This document shows, piece by piece, positions 26,474-32,000 of a stretch of 32,000 nt of DNA (positions are counted from its first letter, which is position 1; each line of letters opens with the position of its first letter). The notes beneath the pieces were generated by a model, which made no database searches, was not told where the DNA came from, and saw only the letters and a program-made list of their open reading frames with translations. This stretch comes from Nostoc punctiforme PCC 73102 (GTDB lineage: Bacteria > Cyanobacteriota > Cyanobacteriia > Cyanobacteriales > Nostocaceae): contig NC_010628.1 in the NCBI RefSeq assembly GCF_000020025.1, forward strand, positions 2,910,001 through 2,942,000, given 5' to 3'. A program made the position numbers and the translations under genes.

Positions 26474-26505
26474 AAAAATTAAAAAAGGCAGGTAAATCCT
26501 GCCTT
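26474..26505 (-). terminator. Rho-independent terminator downstream of bioD
   Basis: 8-bp stem AAGGCAGG (26485-26492) pairs with CCTGCCTT (26498-26505), with a 5-nt loop. On the minus strand it is followed by TTTTTTAATTTTT. Confidence 0.7.
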
Positions 26506-26658
26506 GTGTGTCACTAAAGTTAGATTAATTTCATCTTTCCTTACCATTGCACGTCTTATTGACAAAGCCATTACCAAGTTATGTCAAAACTGTGACTGTA
26601 TCAGTTGTAAAAAGTGATTGGACATTCGCTACTTTTTCTCTAATAACCAATCCCCAAT

Positions 26659-27339
26659 TCAAAGTGTCAGTGTTTCCCAATCTAAATCTGACGCTATTTG
26701 AGCAAGTTTATCTAAATCAGTCAGATTATCTAAATAGGGTAAGCAGCCTAAAACTGGCGTGTTAGTGAGCGATCTAATCAATTGCTGTGGTGTCCAATCG
26801 GCTATTTCTGCATCTGTTCGAGGTTGTACGCAGTTCAAAACAATGCCTTTAAGATTGATGCGCGATTGTCTAGCTAGTGCGACGTTTGCCACTGCTTGAG
26901 CGATCGCACCCAATCTCACAGGCACTACCAATACCGTTGGTAAACGCCATTCTCCCGCTAAATCAGCTACGGTTAACTCGTCAGTTACTGGCGAACCTAA
27001 ACCTCCCAAGGCTTCTACAAGTACAAAATCACGTTGCGATCGCAATTTAGAAAAAGCTTGCCACACAAGAGCTAAATCAACTTGGCGATTTTCTCGTGCG
27101 GCGGCGATGGGAGGGGCTAAAGGTGCTTCAAAGTATAGCGGTGTAATTTCCTCTGAGGATTGTTCGAGCGCAAATAGCTTTTGATACCACTCGCGATCGC
27201 CAATCCCCGATTGAATCGGTTTCATGATTCCCCAGCTACGTTGTGGGTAATATTTTTGCCAATAGGCTGCTAAGGCTGTTGTTAAAACAGTTTTGCCAGC
27301 TTCGGTATCAGTTCCAGTAATCAGTAGTGTGTTTAACAT
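26659..27339 (-). CDS. bioD: Dethiobiotin synthase
   Basis: 226-aa ORF. The N-terminal LLITGTDTEAGKTVLTTAL P-loop and the EALGGLGSPV motif are typical of BioD. Confidence 0.92.
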   Translation of the reverse strand: MLNTLLITGTDTEAGKTVLTTALAAYWQKYYPQRSWGIMKPIQSGIGDREWYQKLFALEQSSEEITPLYFEAPLAPPIAAARENRQVDLALVWQAFSKLRSQRDFVLVEALGGLGSPVTDELTVADLAGEWRLPTVLVVPVRLGAIAQAVANVALARQSRINLKGIVLNCVQPRTDAEIADWTPQQLIRSLTNTPVLGCLPYLDNLTDLDKLAQIASDLDWETLTL

Positions 27340-29114
27340 TAATTTCTTTGGCCAGAAAATGGTTGTGTTTCATTAACTGGCGGCAAGGTTGGCGTTTCAC
27401 CAGTGGTCGGAGTTGGAATCGGTATCTCAGTGGGAATTGGGAAGGGTGTTTCTGTAGGAATTGGGAGGGGTGTCTCTGTAGGAATGGGGATCGGTGTTTC
27501 TGTGGGAATGGGGATCGGTGTTTCTGTGGGAATGGGGATCGGTGTCTCTGTAGGAATGGGAATCGGTGTCTCGGTGGGAATTGGTTTGACTGGTTTTTCT
27601 AATGAAACATTGAGGTTGTAATTGCTTTCGGCAACTCCCGAAGCCAGTGTTAACTCAATAGTATATCTACCAGTAACTAGCAATATGCCTTCATAAGCTG
27701 TTATTGGCTGGGTATTCTGAGCAAGCGGTTGTTCATTTGGACTTAAAACTGTGAGCAATACGCTGCTTGTTGGGTCAATCAACGCAGTTAACTTGTCACC
27801 TTTCTGCCCAAAAAAAGTATACCGAATGATTTGATTTGTTTTGAGAGTATCTGTAACTGTGGCTGTATTATTTGCTCCCAAATTGAGTCGCCTAGAAATA
27901 GGTTGCTCAATGGTGGGTGTGGGTGTAGCTGTGAATGTAGTACCGCCAGAAATAACTGGTGAAGGGAAATTTTGTGGAAGCGTTTCAGTTGGTGATGGTT
28001 TCGGCTGACTGCGGATTGAACTTACCAGTGCCCAAGAACCAAATCCGGCGACAAAGACTACAGCAGTGCCAATTGCCGCGATCGCTAACGGATTATCCAA
28101 GACTGAACTAGTGGGAGTTGGTGGAATTACAGGATCGGGTTGTTTCTTCGGTGAAGCTGGTGGTATTGAGTCAGGACGGCGACCAACAGCCATTGTCTGC
28201 AAATTAGATGCATTCAGAGGAGGAAGACTGACTTGTTCTAAAGGTTGTAGTGCTTGAGATACACTAGCAGCACTCTGATAGCGATCGCTCGGTATATGAT
28301 TCAACATTCGATTCAAAACTTGAGCAAATCGCGGACTCACTTTTACCCATCGCTGCCAATTCCAAGTTAGTTGGTTTTCATCAAATAGATCCCTTGGTTC
28401 TTTACCAGTCAGCAAAACAATCGCACTCACAGCTAATGCATACAAGTCACTGCTAGGGTAAGCTCCCCCTGTTTGCATTTGTTCGCTCGGAGAGTAGCCT
28501 AATTTTCCCACAGTGGTTTCGGGCATGGCACTCTCTGGCGATCGCAAACGTGTTGCTAGTTCCTTTACCACCCCAAAGTCAATTAACACAGGTTTAGCGT
28601 CACTATCTCGCAAAATAATGTTTTCTGGCGAGATATCTCGGTGAATGATCCCTCGACTGTGAATATGCTCTAAAACAGGCAACAACAACTGTATCAGCTG
28701 CAATACTTCAGCCTCTGTGAAGGTTTTAGCAACAGCTTGACGTTCAGCCAGCATAGCTCGGTAGGTTTGACCTGCAACATAGTCCTCCACCAAAAATAAG
28801 CGTTGGTCTTGCTCAAATCTTTCCCGAAATTTGGGCACTTGTGGATGTTCGATTTGATATAAAATGGCAGCCTCTCGGTGAAAAAGCTCCTTTGCCTTTT
28901 CCCAAGCCGAAGCCTCCGTTGCTGTTGAAATCAATTCCTTGATCGCGCACAGTTCGTTAAAGCGTCTCTGATCTTCTGCCAGATAGGTTCTACCAAATCC
29001 TCCTTGTCCGAGAATTTGAATTATGCGGTAACGGTTTTGCAAGACAGTGCCAACTGTAATGGGTGGTTGCATGAGCGATTGATTGAGTGTAGGAGCAACT
29101 GAGGAGGAAGTCAC
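27339..29114 (-). CDS. Membrane Ser/Thr protein kinase with an extracytoplasmic beta-rich domain and a Pro/Thr/Glu-rich repeat tail
   Basis: GQGGFGRTY, AIKEL, HRDISPENIIL, DFGV and GYSPSEQ kinase motifs. One TM segment (AIAAIGTAVVFVAGFGSWALV). C-terminal (IPTETPIP)x7. The start is GTG at 29114 in the track; an ATG giving MQPPITVG lies 14 codons downstream and is an alternative. Confidence 0.9.
   Translation of the reverse strand: MTSSSVAPTLNQSLMQPPITVGTVLQNRYRIIQILGQGGFGRTYLAEDQRRFNELCAIKELISTATEASAWEKAKELFHREAAILYQIEHPQVPKFRERFEQDQRLFLVEDYVAGQTYRAMLAERQAVAKTFTEAEVLQLIQLLLPVLEHIHSRGIIHRDISPENIILRDSDAKPVLIDFGVVKELATRLRSPESAMPETTVGKLGYSPSEQMQTGGAYPSSDLYALAVSAIVLLTGKEPRDLFDENQLTWNWQRWVKVSPRFAQVLNRMLNHIPSDRYQSAASVSQALQPLEQVSLPPLNASNLQTMAVGRRPDSIPPASPKKQPDPVIPPTPTSSVLDNPLAIAAIGTAVVFVAGFGSWALVSSIRSQPKPSPTETLPQNFPSPVISGGTTFTATPTPTIEQPISRRLNLGANNTATVTDTLKTNQIIRYTFFGQKGDKLTALIDPTSSVLLTVLSPNEQPLAQNTQPITAYEGILLVTGRYTIELTLASGVAESNYNLNVSLEKPVKPIPTETPIPIPTETPIPIPTETPIPIPTETPIPIPTETPLPIPTETPFPIPTEIPIPTPTTGETPTLPPVNETQPFSGQRN
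27415..27584. repeat. 24-bp tandem repeat x7 (coding, IPTETPIP units)
   Basis: ggaatggggatcggtgtttctgtg-type units, read directly from the sequence. They generate the antisense Gly-rich spurious ORFs 27327..27602 and 27403..27621. Confidence 0.9.
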
Positions 29115-29810
29115 CCACCAAGATTAAGTCCGAGAGGCGACACAGTTACATGCAGCGATATTCTACCTTACCTAATGGGTATACCCCCAGTTAGGAGTAT
29201 ACGCAAAGTCACGTTTCAAGTGTCTTATGCAACTTTGGGAACTGTCCACGAGGCAGAGGGCAGAAGGCAGGAGGTAGGAGAACAAAAATTAGCGCAGCTT
29301 GGCGCTGTCAGCCTTGCACGAAAACCACACCTATGAGAGTTTGTTTAAATACAACTATTCTGGAATTTTATTGTGTGAATTAAAACTTAAAATTAAATCT
29401 GCCAGTTTACTTATTTATTGCTAGTATCGTAGAATATAATAGGATACAACTTGAACACTTAGTTGCAAATGCTCCTTGTCTAAGAACAAACTTCAATACC
29501 ACTTAAAGTTATAAATACTTTACTCTCAGTAATAAATGATGTATTTAGAATAAGCAATCTAGTACACCAATCTTTGATAGCTTGAGGTTATTTGTCTCAA
29601 TTAAAAAATTTGAATTATACATCTACTGGACAGACTTGATATCAGTTAAGCTATCAATGGTTTGCTTACAAAGAAAATTAGACAGTTAGCGAATGATAAT
29701 TTTATGGAGAAATGCTTAAATTTTGTATGGAAGCTTTAATAAAACTCACAGATGTTTTTTTTAGGCTATTCCTCAGTTAAATCTATTAAATCTCTAATGA
29801 TAATATTGCT

Positions 29811-30827
29811 ATGAATTCAAATAGAGGATCTGCTGTTCTTAGTTCTGCAACTTTCAAAGTGCAAGCATCTTCAACAGGAATGACTGATAATCATCGCTTG
29901 CGGCTGTTTTCGGGCTCTGCCAATTTACAGCTGTCTCAAGAAGTCGCTCGTTATGTCGGGATGGACTTGGGGCCAATGATTCGCAAGAGATTTGCGGATG
30001 GAGAACTTTACGTTCAAATCCAAGAATCAATTCGGGGTTGTGATGTCTATTTAATTCAGCCATGCTGTCAACCCGTAAACGATCATTTGATGGAATTATT
30101 GATTATGGTTGATGCCTGTCGTCGAGCTTCGGCGCGACAGGTGACGGCAGTAATTCCCTACTATGGCTATGCTCGTGCCGATCGCAAAACGGCAGGACGA
30201 GAGTCTATAACTGCCAAGCTGGTTGCTAACTTGATCACCGAAGCAGGTGCCAACCGCGTTCTAGCAATGGATTTACACTCGGCGCAAATTCAAGGCTATT
30301 TCGATATTCCCTTTGACCATGTTTATGGTTCTCCAGTATTGCTGGATTATCTAGCAAGCAAGGAATTGCCCGACCTTGTGGTTGTTTCCCCCGATGTTGG
30401 CGGTGTAGCAAGAGCCAGAGCATTTGCCAAAAAATTAAATGATGCTCCCCTGGCGATTATTGACAAGCGTCGTCAAGCACATAATGTTGCAGAAGTGTTA
30501 AATATCATCGGCGATGTTAAAGGCAAAACGGCAGTGTTGGTGGATGACATGATTGACACTGGCGGCACGATCGCAGAAGGAGCGCGATTACTGCGTGAAG
30601 AAGGAGCGCGTCAGGTATATGCCTGTGCAACTCATGCGGTATTTTCCCCACCAGCGATGGAACGATTATCCAGTGGTTTGTTTGAGGAAGTTATTGTCAC
30701 CAATACGATCCCCATACCAGAAAACAATCGTTTTCCTCAACTAGTGGTGTTGTCAGTAGCTAATCTCTTAGGAGAAACTATCTGGCGGATTCATGAAGAT
30801 ACTTCAGTTAGTAGTATGTTCCGCTAA
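29811..30827 (+). CDS. prs: Ribose-phosphate pyrophosphokinase (PRPP synthetase)
   Basis: LRLFSGSANLQLSQEVARYVG, YYGYARADRK and the PRPP-binding loop VLVDDMIDTGGT. An alternative start is ATG at 29880 (MTDNHRLRLF...). Confidence 0.95.
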   Translation: MNSNRGSAVLSSATFKVQASSTGMTDNHRLRLFSGSANLQLSQEVARYVGMDLGPMIRKRFADGELYVQIQESIRGCDVYLIQPCCQPVNDHLMELLIMVDACRRASARQVTAVIPYYGYARADRKTAGRESITAKLVANLITEAGANRVLAMDLHSAQIQGYFDIPFDHVYGSPVLLDYLASKELPDLVVVSPDVGGVARARAFAKKLNDAPLAIIDKRRQAHNVAEVLNIIGDVKGKTAVLVDDMIDTGGTIAEGARLLREEGARQVYACATHAVFSPPAMERLSSGLFEEVIVTNTIPIPENNRFPQLVVLSVANLLGETIWRIHEDTSVSSMFR

Positions 30828-30854
30828 CTGCATTCCCGTTACAGGGATAAATTA

Positions 30855-30902
30855 CCCACATTAGCTCCTTGAACGGTTGCAGTGTGGGCTTTTGCTTTTA
30901 GT
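30855..30902 (+). terminator. Possible intrinsic terminator after prs
   Basis: CCCACA (30855-30860) pairs with TGTGGG (30883-30888), followed by CTTTTGCTTTT. The loop is long (22 nt), so confidence is modest. Confidence 0.35.
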
Positions 30903-31134
30903 GATTACGCCAACACTAACGTCCCTTGTCGGCGAAACCCCTAATCGCTGCACAAGACCTTTTTGATGTGCAAATGTAATGAGTATGGAAAAGCCCTGTT
31001 GGAAAAGGCTAATAAATAAAGATGACCAAAACAGACTTATGATACAGTCCCCTAAATTTATTTATAGGAACAAGAATTTTTAATTTTTAATTCCCCGTTC
31101 GCGCAGCGTCTTTGCAGGAGAAGGGGTTGACTCC

Positions 31135-32000
31135 TTACCGATACAGCCAAACTCGGAGCAGTGAAAGCAATTGCTCAGTATCTACAGGTTTGGTGATGTA
31201 GTCAGAAGCTCCAGCTTCGATGCACTTTTCGCGATCGCCTGGCATAGCTTTAGCAGTTAAAGCAATTATTGGTAGTGAGCGAAACTGTTGTTGCTGGCGG
31301 ATGGCGCGGGTGGTTTCGTAACCATCCATTTCCGGCATCATAATATCCATCAGTACTATATTAATGTCAGGATTAGTTTGCAGTCTTTCTATGCCATCTC
31401 TGCCATTTTCGGCAAACAGCACTTGCATTTGATAGCTTTCTAAGAAGCTGGTCAGGGCAAAAATATTCCGCAAGTCATCATCTACAATCAAAATTTTCCG
31501 ATTAGCTAGCACCGGGTCATTTTGATGTAGTTGCTCTAGCATTTGACGCTTTGGTTGCGGCAAATTTGCTTGCACTCGATGCAAAAACAGGGCAGTTTCG
31601 TCTAATAACCGCTCTGGCGATCGCACATTTTTAATGATAATTGTCTCTGCTAATCCCCGCAGTTGGGTTTCTTCTTGGCGGCTGAGTTCTTTGCCGGTAT
31701 AAACGATAATTGGCAGTTTCAACAGCCTGGGTTCTTGCTTGATTTGCTCAATTAGTGCAAACCCGCTCATATCGGGCAGACCAAGATCCAGTACCATACA
31801 GTCAAAGTGTTGCGATCGCAAAATCAACAGCGCTTCTGCTCCCGTACCCACTGCTGTACTCTGGACATCACCATTACCAATCAATTCGATAATACTTTGG
31901 GCTTGTACGGGATCGTCTTCTACGATGAGGAGATTTCTTACCTGACGCTCAATAAAACCTTTAATATCAGTCAATACCTGAGTTAGCGCTTCTGGAGAAA
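31135..32000 (-). CDS. C-terminal part of a larger signalling protein carrying two receiver (REC) domains; continues beyond the right edge
   Basis: Two REC domains (LLIVEDDP...[11 protein letters not shown]...K and ILIVDDD...[12 protein letters not shown]...TKP). The track start at 31974 is TTG, and the frame stays open upstream to position 32000 (..[14 protein letters not shown]), so the start is probably an artefact. Confidence 0.85.
   Translation of the reverse strand, partial: SPEALTQVLTDIKGFIERQVRNLLIVEDDPVQAQSIIELIGNGDVQSTAVGTGAEALLILRSQHFDCMVLDLGLPDMSGFALIEQIKQEPRLLKLPIIVYTGKELSRQEETQLRGLAETIIIKNVRSPERLLDETALFLHRVQANLPQPKRQMLEQLHQNDPVLANRKILIVDDDLRNIFALTSFLESYQMQVLFAENGRDGIERLQTNPDINIVLMDIMMPEMDGYETTRAIRQQQQFRSLPIIALTAKAMPGDREKCIEAGASDYITKPVDTEQLLSLLRVWLYR

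Noticed and set aside
27327-27621. Gly/Val/Cys-rich ORFs (+) 27327..27602 and 27403..27621
   Set aside because: They are antisense translations of the 24-bp tandem repeat within the Ser/Thr kinase gene.
31739-31974. Track start (TTG at 31974) of the double-REC protein, and the antisense ORF 31739..31945
   Set aside because: The frame stays open to the window edge, so the protein is the C-terminus of something larger. The plus-strand ORF is antisense noise.
1-32000. Search for CRISPR arrays, tRNA/rRNA genes, transposase/integrase genes and reverse transcriptase (DGR/retron)
   Set aside because: I saw no regularly spaced 25-40-bp repeats, no tRNA-like T-arm (GTTCGAATC-type) contexts outside CDSs, and no ORF with recombinase or RT motifs. 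The only mobile-looking DNA is non-autonomous small repeats.

Overview
This window looks like chromosomal DNA from a filamentous, Nostoc/Anabaena-type cyanobacterium. The evidence is many GCGATCGC (HIP1) octamers, heptamer tandem arrays, small hairpin/MITE-like repeats, and an HstK-type dual Ser/Thr-His kinase. Housekeeping genes (argJ 5' part, gatB, M20 amidohydrolase, uppP, bioD, prs) alternate with large signalling genes. These are a LOV-containing hybrid histidine kinase translationally coupled to a REC-GGDEF cyclase, a 1780-aa STK-AAA-TPR-GAF-HK protein, a membrane Ser/Thr kinase overlapping bioD, and a partial double-receiver protein. Between them lie AT-rich or decayed accessory stretches. 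The best candidate for an undescribed system is the two-gene cassette at 14704-18420. It pairs an acetoacetate-decarboxylase-fold protein carrying an N-terminal helical extension with an unusually large PDS/amine-oxidase-like flavoprotein, and it sits just downstream of pseudogene and MITE debris. Other points of interest: an in-frame GC-rich repeat insertion inside the kinase ATPase domain; two paralogous promoter-plus-terminator units downstream of gatB that look like tandem small RNA genes; an orphan cyanophycin-synthetase-like ATP-grasp ligase in an AT-rich tract; and several small repeat families that share exact k-mers across the window. I found no tRNA, rRNA or CRISPR array. All homology statements come from motif recognition by eye, not from database searches.
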